From assembly GCA_963727805.1 (NCBI GenBank), contig CAVSHF010000003.1, positions 1,824,001 through 1,888,000 of the forward strand: 64,000 nt of DNA. The letters are read 5' to 3'. The position numbers and the translations under genes were made by a program. Origin of the DNA: an uncultured Nitrospiraceae bacterium (GTDB lineage: Bacteria; Nitrospirota; Thermodesulfovibrionia; Thermodesulfovibrionales; Dissulfurispiraceae). The notes beneath the pieces were generated by a model. It worked only from the letters and a program-made list of their open reading frames with translations, did not search any database and was not told the DNA's origin. Of the stretch, positions 31,507 through 42,549 are shown piece after piece. Position 1 is the first letter of the stretch. Each line of letters starts with the position of its first letter.

Positions 31507-33230
31507 TAAAATCCTCCTTTATAACTGAGGATCCCGACTTGAGCCAGCCTGTGAAGTATCTTTTTGGCCTCCGCCATTCCCAATCCGCTCAGCTCGGCAT
31601 TATCGACCACATTTCTCATACCGTCGACGAGGGAAAAAACCTTCTGTTCCTGATCATCAAGACCGAAATCCTGTATATCCCCAACCTTTTTCACAAAAAC
31701 GAGATCGTTATTTATACCGACGCTTTCCGCGATGCCACTCTCTTTTCTCCTCATGCTGTGAAGCAGCAGTGCGACAACATTTATTCTCTGGGGCATGTCG
31801 ATGAGAGCAGCAGGGACTTCCATCTTTTCGAAGAAAAATCCACCGTCCTTAAGATCTGCCACCATGGAGAGCGTTTCAGACATGCGCTCACTCAGACCTT
31901 CTCCCAATTCAGCCAAGGAGCTAAAAGTCTTGCGGTCCTTGCTTGCCAGAGCATATACAACCAATCCCTTCTCAAAATATATCTCTACGCTGCCGGTCGG
32001 AGCAAAGGCAAAGAACTTCCCTGTTAAACGACTTGAATCTATCAGCTTAAGGATTTCGACACTGTTAATCTCTCTGAGGCTACCGGAGAAAAGTATCGTT
32101 GACGGTCTTATTATGCTGTAACGCTTGAGGATATCCTCAATACTCTTTTCGATCAGCAACGGCAGTTCATCAGAAAAATACCTTCCCATAATCCGGTCCA
32201 CAGCATCCTCTGTGTTGGCTCGGTTGGCAAGGGCGCCACCAGCAAAGGCCGGGGGAACTGGTTCCAGCATGACTTCAGTCGGCGCCATCTCCTTCAACGC
32301 CTGCACGGCTTCAAAGTCAAATACGTTGAGGATTTCGGGCGTTGCCTCAGGCAATGACGGTGCTTCAGTACTCTCCACCTCGATTTGTTGCGTCGCAAGT
32401 CCCTCGAGATTAAAATCAAAAGAGGATATGCTCAGATCGGCCTCTTCCATTCCACTCTGAAAGGAGGGTTGCGGTTCCTCAAGTGTCGCCAGATCATCAA
32501 AAGATAACACTGGGGTCCCCTCGACCACTTCCCTTTCACCCTGAATCGAGGGCTGCGGCTCCTCAAGTGTCGCCAGATCATCAAAAGATAACACTGGGGC
32601 CCCCTCACCCTCTTGTATGTCGCCGAATTCCGCTTCACGATGGATGCCGCTCTCTTCCATGGGATGGTCAAATTCGCTCAGAGCTTCAGGCATCTCAGCG
32701 GGTGCCGGCATCTCAGCAACCTCACGGACTTCAGTCAATTCAGAAACTTCGTATTCGGGAACTGCTGCAGCCGCTACCTCTTCAAATGAATAGGAGGGAG
32801 CCTCTTCTACAGGTTTTTCGAACGTATCAAAAACAGGTTCTTCTCCCAGCCTCTGCCTCTGCGCATTGATAATCGAGTTTACCTTTTCGACTAGCATTTC
32901 GGATTTAAAAGGTTTTATAAAATAATCGTCAACAGCGAATTTTTCGGCAAACTTTTTCCCGACATCTTCACCTTTTCCAGTAATCAGGATGATCGGAATA
33001 TCTTTCAGAAGCTCGTTCTCTCGCGCAGATTTACAGAACTGATATCCGCTGATTCGCGGCATAATAAAATCGACGAGGATGACCGAGGGTCTCACTTCTT
33101 CAGATATCCGCAGCCCTTCTTCTCCGTCTTCCGCAGTATAGACCTTGTAGCCCTCTTCCTCCAGAGCCAGCTCGGCGAGTTTTCTGACAATTGGGCTGTC
33201 ATCTATGACGACAATCTTCTCTTTTGCCAT
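31506..33230 (-). CDS. Response regulator with acidic linker and C-terminal PatA_N/DUF4388-like domain (PilG/PatA-like)
   Basis: N-terminal REC (DD, D.IMP, KPF); C-terminal SGSL......EIL.LI.....TG....IYFEKG. Confidence 0.8.
   Translation of the reverse strand: MAKEKIVVIDDSPIVRKLAELALEEEGYKVYTAEDGEEGLRISEEVRPSVILVDFIMPRISGYQFCKSARENELLKDIPIILITGKGEDVGKKFAEKFAVDDYFIKPFKSEMLVEKVNSIINAQRQRLGEEPVFDTFEKPVEEAPSYSFEEVAAAAVPEYEVSELTEVREVAEMPAPAEMPEALSEFDHPMEESGIHREAEFGDIQEGEGAPVLSFDDLATLEEPQPSIQGEREVVEGTPVLSFDDLATLEEPQPSFQSGMEEADLSISSFDFNLEGLATQQIEVESTEAPSLPEATPEILNVFDFEAVQALKEMAPTEVMLEPVPPAFAGGALANRANTEDAVDRIMGRYFSDELPLLIEKSIEDILKRYSIIRPSTILFSGSLREINSVEILKLIDSSRLTGKFFAFAPTGSVEIYFEKGLVVYALASKDRKTFSSLAELGEGLSERMSETLSMVADLKDGGFFFEKMEVPAALIDMPQRINVVALLLHSMRRKESGIAESVGINNDLVFVKKVGDIQDFGLDDQEQKVFSLVDGMRNVVDNAELSGLGMAEAKKILHRLAQVGILSYKGGF
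32464..32606. repeat. Intragenic direct repeat, 59-bp copies at 84-bp period
   Basis: 32464-32522 vs 32548-32606 with 3 mismatches; encodes PVLSFDDLATLEEPQPS twice. Confidence 0.9.
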
Positions 33231-33433
33231 CTTCCCTCTCCTCGTTATGGGAATTTTTTACCATCTGCAACCGATTATCAACAAAAAAAGCTGCCCTCAG
33301 CCACAAAAAAAGGAGACATCTATTTCTTGTTGTAACAAAAATATATCACTGATAACAAATGATTGTCAATCATCGAACGTTTTAGTTGAAAGGCGAAGAG
33401 CCTTCTTTCAGCAAGCCAACGCCAACCCCTCCC

Positions 33434-34048
33434 TTAAATGATGACATTATACAGAAAATCTGCAACATTTGCTGTGATATCGCCCCTGAATATTCCAGAA
33501 GATGCCGCTACGCCGTCACATCCCACACTGAAAACCTGGGCTGCATTAGACGGATTAATCCCGCCTATGGCGATCACGGGTATTGCAATGGAATGCTTAA
33601 TCTCCAAAAGAGAGCCCGGACCTTTCGGGGTCCCTGCATCTTTAGTTGTCGTGGAAAAGATGGGACCGAAGCCGATATAATCAGCTCCTCCTTTTTCAGC
33701 TGCGAGCGCCTCTTTCAAATTGTGGGTGGAGACGCCGATGATCTTTCCGCTCATGATCATTCTCGCCTCACGCAGTGGCAGATCATCCTGTCCGATGTGG
33801 ACCCCGTCGGCCTCGACAGCGAGGGCTATATCGGCGAAGTCATTAACGATGAAGAGTGCTCCGAATCGTCCCGTCAGGTTGCGGAGCTTCCTTGCTTCGT
33901 GATAGAACTGCCTGCGTGTCCCGCTCTTCCTCCGGTATTGGACCCACCGGATACCCGCTTCAAGAGCGACTCTCACCGCTCCTTCGAGTCTTTCAGCATC
34001 TCCCCTGTCAGGAGTGATGAAACAAATCTGGCTAAGCTGTTTCCTCAT
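33434..34048 (-). CDS. thiE: Thiamine-phosphate synthase
   Basis: [36 protein letters not shown]. Start at ATG 34048. Confidence 0.93.
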   Translation of the reverse strand: MRKQLSQICFITPDRGDAERLEGAVRVALEAGIRWVQYRRKSGTRRQFYHEARKLRNLTGRFGALFIVNDFADIALAVEADGVHIGQDDLPLREARMIMSGKIIGVSTHNLKEALAAEKGGADYIGFGPIFSTTTKDAGTPKGPGSLLEIKHSIAIPVIAIGGINPSNAAQVFSVGCDGVAASSGIFRGDITANVADFLYNVII

Positions 34049-35429
34049 CACTATTAACAGGTGCAGAAGATGCGTTGACGATTTTGCCAAGGGACATCTT
34101 TTCGATAAAATCAGTGTTGAAGTTACCCTTAATAAAATCGGGATGGTTAAATATTTTTTTATGGAAGGGAATCGTGGTCTTGATTCCCTCGATTTTGAAC
34201 TCGTCAAGGGCCCTGCGCATGCGGGAGATAGCCTCATCCCGTGTCTTGCCATGAACGATGAGCTTTGCAATCATAGAATCGTAGTATGGCGGGACCCACC
34301 AACCGGCAAATGCGGCACTATCCACCCGGACGCCCGGACCACCGGGGGGAAGGAAAAAAGTTATTTGTCCGGGCGAGGGAATGAATTTCTCTGGGTCTTC
34401 AGCATTTATCCTGCATTCGATGGCATGGCCGCTCGCCTTGATCTGGTTCTGCCGATACGAAAGCGGTAGCCCGGCAGAGATCTTTATCTGTTCCTTTATG
34501 ATATCGACGCCCGTCAGTTCTTCGGTGACGGGATGCTCGACCTGAACGCGAGTATTGACCTCCATAAAATAGATATTCTGTTCCTGGTCAACTATGAACT
34601 CGATGGTCCCAACATTCCTGTATTTCATCGCCTTTGCCGCCCTAACGGCAAGCTCGCCTATTCTCTTCCTGAACGATTCCGAAGACACAGGGGATGGTGA
34701 CTCTTCAATGAGTTTTTGGTGCCTCCTTTGTATAGAACAGTCCCTTTCCCCGAGGTGTATAACATCGCCTTTAGCGTCCACGATGATTTGTACTTCTATA
34801 TGGCGTATAGAGGGCAGATATTTTTCGACATAGAGCTCTCCGTTTCCAAAGGCGGCGAGGGCTTCCCTCTGGGCCATCAGAAAAGCTTGCTGGAGTTCCT
34901 GCTCCTCGCGCACAATTCTCATTCCCCTTCCACCGCCACCAGCAGAAGCCTTGAAAATCACTGGGAATCCTATCTTTTTAACCACCTTTATGGCCATTTC
35001 GTCGGAAAGCAGAGGTCCGTCACTGCCGGGCACTACAGGGATGCCTCTTCGCTTCATAACCTGTCGTGCCTTAGCCTTATCCCCGCCGATACGGATATTC
35101 TCCGCTGTAGGGCCGATAAAGGTTATCCCCGATGTTGCGCATGCCTCAGCAAAATGGGGGTTTTCGGAGAGAAAACCATAGCCGGGATGGATGGCTTCAG
35201 AATCGGTAATGTCTGCGGCACTTAAGATCGCCGGTATATTCAGATAGCTCTGCGTCGAGTTCGCAGGTCCGATGCAGATCGACTCATCGGCATACTTGAC
35301 ATGCAGCGCATCCCTTTCGATATCGGAGAAAACGGCAACAGCTTTTATTCCGAGTTCCTTGCAGGCCCTGATAATCCTAATGGCGATCTCCCCGCGGTTG
35401 GCAATAAGTATCTTTTTGAAGAGCGCCAT
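34032..35429 (-). CDS. accC: Acetyl-CoA carboxylase biotin carboxylase
   Basis: [50 protein letters not shown]. Confidence 0.96.
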   Translation of the reverse strand: MALFKKILIANRGEIAIRIIRACKELGIKAVAVFSDIERDALHVKYADESICIGPANSTQSYLNIPAILSAADITDSEAIHPGYGFLSENPHFAEACATSGITFIGPTAENIRIGGDKAKARQVMKRRGIPVVPGSDGPLLSDEMAIKVVKKIGFPVIFKASAGGGGRGMRIVREEQELQQAFLMAQREALAAFGNGELYVEKYLPSIRHIEVQIIVDAKGDVIHLGERDCSIQRRHQKLIEESPSPVSSESFRKRIGELAVRAAKAMKYRNVGTIEFIVDQEQNIYFMEVNTRVQVEHPVTEELTGVDIIKEQIKISAGLPLSYRQNQIKASGHAIECRINAEDPEKFIPSPGQITFFLPPGGPGVRVDSAAFAGWWVPPYYDSMIAKLIVHGKTRDEAISRMRRALDEFKIEGIKTTIPFHKKIFNHPDFIKGNFNTDFIEKMSLGKIVNASSAPVNSDEETA

Positions 35430-35432
35430 ATG

Positions 35433-35870
35433 CTATCCCACCGGATCAACTAGAAAGAGCGGCTCGCCGTACTCGACAGGATGTCCGTTCTCGACGAGTA
35501 TCCTCGCTATAGCCCCATCCATTTCGCTTTCGATCTCGTTCATAAGTTTCATGGCCTCGATTACGCAGAGCACCTGTCCCTTCTTTACCCTCGCGCCGAC
35601 TTCGACAAAAGGTGAAGCATCCGGCGCCGGTGCCCGGTAAAAAGTACCCACGATCGGTGAGGCGACAGTGAGAAGGTTTCCTTCCACCTCAGAGATGATC
35701 ACTTCTTCCTTCACGGCTTTTCTTTCGAGCATGGACTGAGGGACCTCAATATGCCCGAAATATTTCTCCCTTTTGATCTTTATCTTGATCCCTTCTTTTT
35801 CGACCTGCAGTTCCGTGATATCAGTGTCTTTCAGCAGCCCTATCAATTCCTTTAAGTCCTCATGTTCCAT
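35433..35870 (-). CDS. accB: Biotin carboxyl carrier protein
   Basis: SPIVGTFY and EAMKLMN biotinylation motif. ATG 35870 after GGAGG. Confidence 0.95.
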   Translation of the reverse strand: MEHEDLKELIGLLKDTDITELQVEKEGIKIKIKREKYFGHIEVPQSMLERKAVKEEVIISEVEGNLLTVASPIVGTFYRAPAPDASPFVEVGARVKKGQVLCVIEAMKLMNEIESEMDGAIARILVENGHPVEYGEPLFLVDPVG

Positions 35871-35944
35871 TACTGTCCTCCGATTCGGTTGCCCGTTGTC
35901 CACTGCGCGTCACTACTAAATATCGGTAAAAAACACGGACGGAT

Positions 35945-36505
35945 TTACTTCACCTTCTCTATATATTCACAGGTCCTTGTATCGACCTTCAGGATGTCGC
36001 CCACCATGATATGGAAAGGGACCTTGACCATCGCGCCGGTTTCAAGTTTTGCCGGCTTGTTGCTGCCCGAAGCGGTATCACCTCGAAAGGCGGGTTCTGT
36101 CTCAACAACCGTAAGTTCGACGAACATCGGCGGCTCAACACTCATAGGCTGGTCGTTATAATAAAGAATGGATACCACCATATTTTCCTTGATGAATTTC
36201 TTTGCTTCACCGAGCTGTGCAACGGTCAAAGGAATCTGCTCGAAGGACTCTGTGTCCATAAAATAATGGAGATCGTCCTGCTCGTACAGATATTGCATCT
36301 TTTTTTCCTCAAGCTGCGGCGAATCAAATTTTTCTCCCGACCTGAACGTATCTTCAAGGACATTGCCGGTCCGTAGGCTCTTCAGTTTAGTCCTGATTAC
36401 AGCGCCTCCTCTTCCCATCTTCACATGCTGAAAATCAACGATCTCGCAGGGTTCCCCCTTGTATTCCAATTTTGCTCCCTTTCTGAAATCTGCAGTGCTA
36501 ATCAA
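35945..36505 (-). CDS. efp: Elongation factor P
   Basis: FQHVKMGRGGA loop, RGDTA, KPA.LETG, VDTR..EY. Confidence 0.95.
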   Translation of the reverse strand: MISTADFRKGAKLEYKGEPCEIVDFQHVKMGRGGAVIRTKLKSLRTGNVLEDTFRSGEKFDSPQLEEKKMQYLYEQDDLHYFMDTESFEQIPLTVAQLGEAKKFIKENMVVSILYYNDQPMSVEPPMFVELTVVETEPAFRGDTASGSNKPAKLETGAMVKVPFHIMVGDILKVDTRTCEYIEKVK

Positions 36506-36532
36506 GCTTTCCTCCCTGATGATTGTTAGACA

Positions 36533-37600
36533 TTACCCATTTATTAATTCAAGTTTTCTGCTGAGCGTCGTCAGCGTACTGCCCTTATCGCCCTCAACAA
36601 GCACAAGATCTTCTATCCTCACGCCGCCGACACCGGGGACATAGATTCCAGGTTCTATGCTGAATACCATACCCACTGCAAGAGATTCACGACCGCTCCA
36701 AGATATCCGAGGCCCTTCATGGACGTCGAGACCGATTCCGTGGCCTGTCCCGTGACCGAAAAAATCACCATAGCCGGCGGCCTTAATAACCTGCCTCGCA
36801 GCGGTGTCGACTTCGGAGGATTGTCTACCCTCCCCGACCTCAAGGATAGCCCTTTGCCGGGCCCGGTTAACAATATCAAAAATCTTCTTTTTCCGGGCCA
36901 TGTCAGGGCCTGACATCAACAAGGTCCGAGTCATATCGGAATAATATCCGTCGGCCTCCCCGCCCCAGTCAATTATAACAAAATCTCCTTTTTCAATCTT
37001 CTTTTCGGTTTGACAAGCGTGGGGCATCGCAGAATGCTTTCCCGACGCAACAATAATATCAAAAGGTATTCTCCGGCATCCCCTTTTTTTTAGCTCTTCT
37101 TCAATCCCCAGTGCAACAGCCCTCTCGGTGATGCCAGGTTTGATCCGGGGCTTGACCTTCAAGAATGCTTCTTCAGCTCTTCTAATCGCCTCTTTAATAC
37201 TTTTCAACTCCCCCGAGTCCTTTATCATACGCAATTTTTCGATAAGGCCTCTTTGCGGTATTATAGCGATGGGTAATTTTCTCAGTTGATCATGGAAATC
37301 AAATGAAATACTCGACTCGAAACCGATGCGACGAATCCCCAGCTTTTTTACCAGTGCCCGGATGATCGGAATTCTCTTTCCTTTTTCGAGTCTCAGCTCG
37401 AAGTTCTGAACTTCTGATCCGGCCTGTTCCCTATAACGGAAATCGGTGAAAAAGAAAGCTCTGTCCTCGGTAACAAGAGCAAAGGCAGATGAACCGGTAA
37501 AGCCGGTCAGATACCTAATATTCTTGATATTGTTAACAAGGAAGGCATCGATCTTTTTCAGACTGATAGTGTGGCGGAGACCCTCAACTCTGGTCAGCAT
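36533..37600 (-). CDS. Xaa-Pro aminopeptidase (M24 family)
   Basis: YLTGFTGS, TDFRY, YSDMTRT, HGTGHGIG...HE, EPGIY...GGVRIED. Confidence 0.92.
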   Translation of the reverse strand: MLTRVEGLRHTISLKKIDAFLVNNIKNIRYLTGFTGSSAFALVTEDRAFFFTDFRYREQAGSEVQNFELRLEKGKRIPIIRALVKKLGIRRIGFESSISFDFHDQLRKLPIAIIPQRGLIEKLRMIKDSGELKSIKEAIRRAEEAFLKVKPRIKPGITERAVALGIEEELKKRGCRRIPFDIIVASGKHSAMPHACQTEKKIEKGDFVIIDWGGEADGYYSDMTRTLLMSGPDMARKKKIFDIVNRARQRAILEVGEGRQSSEVDTAARQVIKAAGYGDFFGHGTGHGIGLDVHEGPRISWSGRESLAVGMVFSIEPGIYVPGVGGVRIEDLVLVEGDKGSTLTTLSRKLELING

Positions 37601-37636
37601 ATTGCTCACAGATTTCTCCTTGCCCCCTGCCAAAAA

Positions 37637-38059
37637 TCAGCGGTCTCCTACGGGCAGATCATCGAGAGAACCCGAAGCGAATCTTTTCTTGATAGCTTCC
37701 TGAAATCTATTCAAGCGCTCAATGGTCCTTTTGCTCGCAACATCCTTTGCTCCCCCCATTTTCGCATCGATCTCTTTGAGATAGCGGAGGGCAAACTTGT
37801 CCCCCGGGGACACTTCGAGGACAGCATAGAATTCCTTCCTAGCTTCGTCGAGCTTATCATCCTTAAGATACCAACGCCCAAGGGTGAGCCTGGCTGCAGC
37901 AAAGGCGGGGTTCTTTGCGATGCCTTCCTTAAGCACCATCCAGGCTTCTTCCTGTTCTCCCCTCTTTTTCAATTCTTCAGCAAGGGTCAGGATGAGCTTC
38001 GATCCGGGATTCTCAAGCACCCGCTCCCTGAGTTTCTCTATATAGTAATCAGCGTTCAT
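37637..38059 (-). CDS. Tetratricopeptide-repeat protein
   Basis: TPR-like helices (LAEE...GE.EEA, ARL.LGR.Y). Confidence 0.75.
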   Translation of the reverse strand: MNADYYIEKLRERVLENPGSKLILTLAEELKKRGEQEEAWMVLKEGIAKNPAFAAARLTLGRWYLKDDKLDEARKEFYAVLEVSPGDKFALRYLKEIDAKMGGAKDVASKRTIERLNRFQEAIKKRFASGSLDDLPVGDR

Positions 38060-39231
38060 CTTTTTCTTAGTTCGACTATCCGGTCAAAGATCGCTGAAGC
38101 AACCGCTTCTTTTGTCATCAAAGGAAGCGCCTTTTCACCCCCGACATCAAGGATCGTCACCTCATTGGTGTCCACATCGAAGCCAGCATCCTTTTTGGAC
38201 ACATTATTGAATACGATCATATCGGTTTTTTTTCTGACAAACTTTTTCCTCGCCCGGTCGATACGGTCACCTGTTTCGGCGGAAAAGCCCACCGTGAAAG
38301 GCCTTTTCTCAAGGGTTGATGTGGCGAGAAGTATATCGGGATTCATTTCCAGATTTAAAGAAAGACTTTCAGACCTCTCGATCTTCATCTCCTGGGCCTT
38401 TCCGGGTGTGAAGTCGGCGACCGCCGCGCACATAACAAAGATGGACGAATTAATAATATTTTCCATTACTGCCTTTTGCATTTCCGAAGCCGTTTCCACG
38501 CCGATCATCTTTACTTCATGCGGTGACTTCAAAGAAACGGGTCCGCTTATAAGCGTCACCTCGGCACCCCGCCTTTTTGCAATCTTCGCCAGGGCATATC
38601 CCATCCTGCCCGACGACCTGTTCGAAAGGAACCTCACCGGGTCAAGATATTCCCTCGTAGGTCCGGCGGTGACGAGGACATATTCACCTTTCAGGTCCTG
38701 TTCAACAATGGCGGTATGGACCGATTCCATAATCCTGTCAATCTCGGCCATCCGCCCTATTCCCTCCTCTCCGCAGGCAAGACTCCCCTTATCAGGACCA
38801 ACAGTCTTCACACCGAGCGAAGCGAGGTAATCGAGTTGCTTCCGAAGAATCGGGTTTTCATACATCCTCCAGTTCATGGCAGGTGCAAGGATGACGGTGC
38901 CGTTAAAAGCGAGGAGTGTCGTGCTGAGCATGTCGTCAGCGATTGCGCTCGCATATTTGCCGATGCTGTTCGCCGATGCCGGAGCAACTACAAAGAGATC
39001 GGCCCCGGCAGGCAAACTTATATGGGAAAGCGGATATTCGAACATGTCCGTATAAACTGTGTTTTGGGAAGCTATTTGCATTGACAGAGGCGTGATGAAG
39101 CGTTGTGAGGAGTCGGTCATAATCACGTTGACTGTAGCGCCATCCCGTCTCAACTCTTTGACAAGATCGAGGGTCTTATATGCAGCAACACTCCCGGTGA
39201 CACCGACAATTATTGACTTGCCTTTCAACAC
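38056..39231 (-). CDS. coaBC: Phosphopantothenoylcysteine decarboxylase/ligase
   Basis: GSVAAYK, APAMN..M, LACGEEG.GR, TAGPTRE.LDPVRF.SNRSSG.MG. Confidence 0.96.
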   Translation of the reverse strand: MLKGKSIIVGVTGSVAAYKTLDLVKELRRDGATVNVIMTDSSQRFITPLSMQIASQNTVYTDMFEYPLSHISLPAGADLFVVAPASANSIGKYASAIADDMLSTTLLAFNGTVILAPAMNWRMYENPILRKQLDYLASLGVKTVGPDKGSLACGEEGIGRMAEIDRIMESVHTAIVEQDLKGEYVLVTAGPTREYLDPVRFLSNRSSGRMGYALAKIAKRRGAEVTLISGPVSLKSPHEVKMIGVETASEMQKAVMENIINSSIFVMCAAVADFTPGKAQEMKIERSESLSLNLEMNPDILLATSTLEKRPFTVGFSAETGDRIDRARKKFVRKKTDMIVFNNVSKKDAGFDVDTNEVTILDVGGEKALPLMTKEAVASAIFDRIVELRKR

Positions 39232-39291
39232 CGTTCTTTATCCTATGCCGGTATTTAAGCTGTCCGATACAGATTAATGAAGCCCTCTGCC

Positions 39292-39678
39292 TTATGACTC
39301 GTAATTCTCGTCGGTCTCGCTGAATAGTTCCTCCAGCACCCGCTCAGTAGTTTCTCTTTCGTGCAGATAGGTTTTAAGGTCCTTTTCGAGTTCCGAGATA
39401 TCGGTGATTGACTTTCTCTTGTCCTCGATAAGCTTTCTGAAGTCAATCTTGTCAGCCTTTTCCCGCGCTTCCGCAGCCTTTTCGCCAATCACAAATTTAA
39501 TCTCGCCCGAGATAGTCTCGAGAAGGGCGACAGTGCCGATCTTCTGCGCTTTTCTGGCAATGCGTGGCTCTGCCCCAAAAGCTAGTTCCCTAGCTCGTTG
39601 CGATGCAATCACGGCAAGACGGTATTTGCTTTCTATCTTCTTTTTATCGTATTCGATCGGAAGCGTGATTATGTCCAT
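39292..39678 (-). CDS. rpoZ: RNA polymerase omega subunit with acidic C-terminal extension
   Basis: SKYRLAVIASQRAREL; gmk-rpoZ-coaBC synteny. Confidence 0.88.
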   Translation of the reverse strand: MDIITLPIEYDKKKIESKYRLAVIASQRARELAFGAEPRIARKAQKIGTVALLETISGEIKFVIGEKAAEAREKADKIDFRKLIEDKRKSITDISELEKDLKTYLHERETTERVLEELFSETDENYES

Positions 39679-39679
39679 T

Positions 39680-40300
39680 CTAATCCTCCTTCAAAAATTG
39701 TTCCACTAGCCACTCATGATCGATTTTCGCGATCTTGTTCCTTTCGGCCGTAATAATGGAAGCAAAAACGCCAAAAGCCTCTTCAAAGAGGTCATTTACT
39801 ATAACATAATCGTAGTATTTATATTCGCCGATCTCTTCGCGCGCCTTTTTAAGTCGTCTTTCGATGACTTCCACCGAATCGCTCATCCGGTTGAAAAGGC
39901 GCTGCTCAAGAGCCGGCATTGAGGGCGGCAGGACGAATATCAGGATGCTGTCAGGATAATATTCCCTGATATGACGCGCTCCCTGCACGTCAATATCGAG
40001 TATAACATCAAGTCCCTCGTTAACGATGGCCTCGATGCGACCCTTTGAGGTGCCGTAAAAATTGCCGTGCACCTCAGCCCACTCGATAAATTCACCATGA
40101 GCAACCATCGTGTGGAATTTGTTATGGCCGACAAAGGTATAATGCACATCTGGTATCTCGTCCGGCCTCGGTGCCCTGGTCGTATAAGATACTGAATGCA
40201 TCAACCCCTGAAGTTCCACTCCGGCCCGCCTGCACAACGTGGTCTTCCCGGCACCCGAAGGTGCGGATACTACGAAAAGACTACCCTTCTTTATCGGCAT
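39680..40300 (-). CDS. gmk: Guanylate kinase
   Basis: [33 protein letters not shown]. Start at ATG 40300. Confidence 0.96.
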   Translation of the reverse strand: MPIKKGSLFVVSAPSGAGKTTLCRRAGVELQGLMHSVSYTTRAPRPDEIPDVHYTFVGHNKFHTMVAHGEFIEWAEVHGNFYGTSKGRIEAIVNEGLDVILDIDVQGARHIREYYPDSILIFVLPPSMPALEQRLFNRMSDSVEVIERRLKKAREEIGEYKYYDYVIVNDLFEEAFGVFASIITAERNKIAKIDHEWLVEQFLKED

Positions 40301-40556
40301 TTCCACTCTCTCCCGAACCTCCAACAGGATTCGAGACGCGCTGAGCAATCGTCTCGACCTGCAGGGCCGATAGAACGACATGATCACTGTCGGTGATAAT
40401 AATAGACCGCGTCTTCCTGCCCTCAGTGGCATCGATTAGCTTGCCCCGCCCCTTTGCCTCTTCCCTCATCTTTTTGATGGGCAATGACCCCGGGCTGACG
40501 ACTGCGATGACCCGTCGCGATGAGATGACATTTCCGAAGCCGATATTAACAAGCAT
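40281..40556 (-). CDS. remA: DUF370 / RemA-family protein
   Basis: NIGFGN, LIDAT.GRKTRS, HVVLSA.Q.ET. Confidence 0.88.
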   Translation of the reverse strand: MLVNIGFGNVISSRRVIAVVSPGSLPIKKMREEAKGRGKLIDATEGRKTRSIIITDSDHVVLSALQVETIAQRVSNPVGGSGESGNADKEG

Positions 40557-40584
40557 CGCGTCCCTACCTTATTGGATTTTCCGC

Positions 40585-41433
40585 CTACTGGATATTTTGG
40601 ACCTGTTCCCTGAGCTTTTCGAGTTCCGATTTTATGTCAAGGGTCAAGTTGATAATGTCGACATCATCGACTTTCGCGGCGATGGTGTTGACCTCTCGGT
40701 TTATCTCCTGGCAGAGGAAATCGAGTCTCCTGCCGACAGAGGCATCCGATGACAAAAAAGCACCAAACTGCCGGACATGGCTCCCAAGCCGCGCAAGCTC
40801 TTCGGATATATCGCCCTTCTGTGCGATAAAGGCGATTTCCTGCGCCATCCTTGTCTCGTCAGGCGGCGCGTTCTGGATCAGCTCAGCGATCCTTTTTGAA
40901 AGTTTCTCTTTATAGCTCTGTGTCATATTCTTGGAGGCCGCCTCGATACCGTCACGCTTTCCCGCGACAGTTTCAAGGCGCTGCCGGAGTTCTTTTTCGA
41001 GGGCGGTCCCTTCGTTCTTCCTCATCCCTTCGACCCTCGAGATGGCTTCTTTCACAGCTTTGAAGAGGGCATCCGTATTGTTCTCCGACTCTTCGGTCAG
41101 AAGCAATTCCCGATACCCCGAGAAAAAACCAATATCGAGTGAGCCCGGAAGGGCCAACTCCTTCTGGATTTCCGCAAACGCTTTATACATTTCACTTGCA
41201 AAGTCGATGTTGACTTTAACCTTCTTTCGCCTTTTATCGGTAAGAGATACTGAGACGTCGATCTTGCCCCGCTCAAAAGCCTCTTTCATGAGCTTCCTGA
41301 TCGGTATGTCCTGTTCCATCAGGAAAGAAGGAATTCTTACCGAGACATCGAGATATTTGTGGTTGAGGGAACGCACCTCGACCTTGAATCCTTCATTTTC
41401 TGCGGCGCCGTACCCAGTCATGCTTCGTATCAA
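40585..41433 (-). CDS. yicC: YicC/YloC family endoribonuclease
   Basis: SMTGYG, RSLNHKYLD, DISEE..RL..H, GRRLDF..QE.NRE.NT, REQVQN. Confidence 0.93.
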   Translation of the reverse strand: MIRSMTGYGAAENEGFKVEVRSLNHKYLDVSVRIPSFLMEQDIPIRKLMKEAFERGKIDVSVSLTDKRRKKVKVNIDFASEMYKAFAEIQKELALPGSLDIGFFSGYRELLLTEESENNTDALFKAVKEAISRVEGMRKNEGTALEKELRQRLETVAGKRDGIEAASKNMTQSYKEKLSKRIAELIQNAPPDETRMAQEIAFIAQKGDISEELARLGSHVRQFGAFLSSDASVGRRLDFLCQEINREVNTIAAKVDDVDIINLTLDIKSELEKLREQVQNIQ

Positions 41434-41693
41434 AGGTTCACTCCTCGCAGTTTGATAAGTTTATGACGCGACGATTCGCCCTTCATTATGATGACATCCC
41501 TCTTCCGGATGCCGAACTTTTCCGCTAGCAACTTAATAAGCAGTGCGTTGGCGGCACCTCCTACAGGAGGTGCCGTGAGCTTGATCCTGATAATTTTGCC
41601 CCCCGCACCAATAATCTCGTTTCGCGATGAACGGGGTTCGACCTTCACCTCGATGACGACACCATCCTTGGCCTGGCTATACGGAAGATCCAT
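41430..41693 (-). CDS. DUF167 (YggU) family protein
   Basis: V.PRSS, APPV.G.AN..L, GE.SR.K. Start at ATG 41693. Confidence 0.88.
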   Translation of the reverse strand: MDLPYSQAKDGVVIEVKVEPRSSRNEIIGAGGKIIRIKLTAPPVGGAANALLIKLLAEKFGIRKRDVIIMKGESSRHKLIKLRGVNL

Positions 41694-42549
41694 GGGCCCC
41701 TTCCGTCCAGAATTTATAATATACATCACCAACTACTATTGTGACAACGCTAAGAAGGACGCCTCCGAAGACATCAACGACATAGTGATACCGACAATAC
41801 ACCGTGGCGAAAATAAGGAGGATGACCGGAATTAATAGAAGGCGGAAAATGTTTCGGGCATATTTATATGAAAGAAAAAGTACGGTTAGAGCAATGCCGG
41901 TATGACCACTCGGGAAGGCATCGCGTTTCACCCCTTCGAGAAGGTTCAGAAAATCCTGTATCGGTTTTGATACCAGAAAACCTCCCACATCTGCTGTCTG
42001 AAGATGTTGCATGGCGTAACGGGGCCCAAGGGCCGGGAAGAGCATATAGCCGACATATGACAGATAAAAACAGAAAAGAATGAGGAAGAGGGATTTTTCA
42101 AAGACACCATTCTCGCCCCGCACCTTTAAAAAAACCCCTAATGAAATGGGCATGAAGTAATACGTCGAATAGGCGATTTCAAGTATGTCAGTAAGCGGGG
42201 GATAAATAAATCTTTCAAGATAAACCGTAGGATATCCACCAAAGATTAGATAGTCGAACCGAATTAGCAGGTAATCGATATCCTGAGGATTAATACGATG
42301 CACGATCAGTCCGAGGCTATCGAAGATTATCAGCACGCTCACTACGGGAAAGATAATATCCCGTGTTATTGCGAGAAACGAATTCATACCGCCAATACGA
42401 CTGAGGATGATCTGAAATAAAATGAGAGAACTAAAAATAATCATTAGATATCCCGCTGCTGGGACCACATGGTGAAAAAGTGCCGTGATGATCAAGAGAA
42501 GAAGGCTGAAAAATATGGTAAGAGTGTCTGCCGGCCTTAATCTGCTCAC
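41677..42549 (-). CDS. PAP2-superfamily membrane phosphatase / phosphotransferase
   Basis: FPA.GPR, AFPSGH, RYHY..DV..G. Confidence 0.85.
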   Translation of the reverse strand: MSRLRPADTLTIFFSLLLLIITALFHHVVPAAGYLMIIFSSLILFQIILSRIGGMNSFLAITRDIIFPVVSVLIIFDSLGLIVHRINPQDIDYLLIRFDYLIFGGYPTVYLERFIYPPLTDILEIAYSTYYFMPISLGVFLKVRGENGVFEKSLFLILFCFYLSYVGYMLFPALGPRYAMQHLQTADVGGFLVSKPIQDFLNLLEGVKRDAFPSGHTGIALTVLFLSYKYARNIFRLLLIPVILLIFATVYCRYHYVVDVFGGVLLSVVTIVVGDVYYKFWTEGAHGSSV

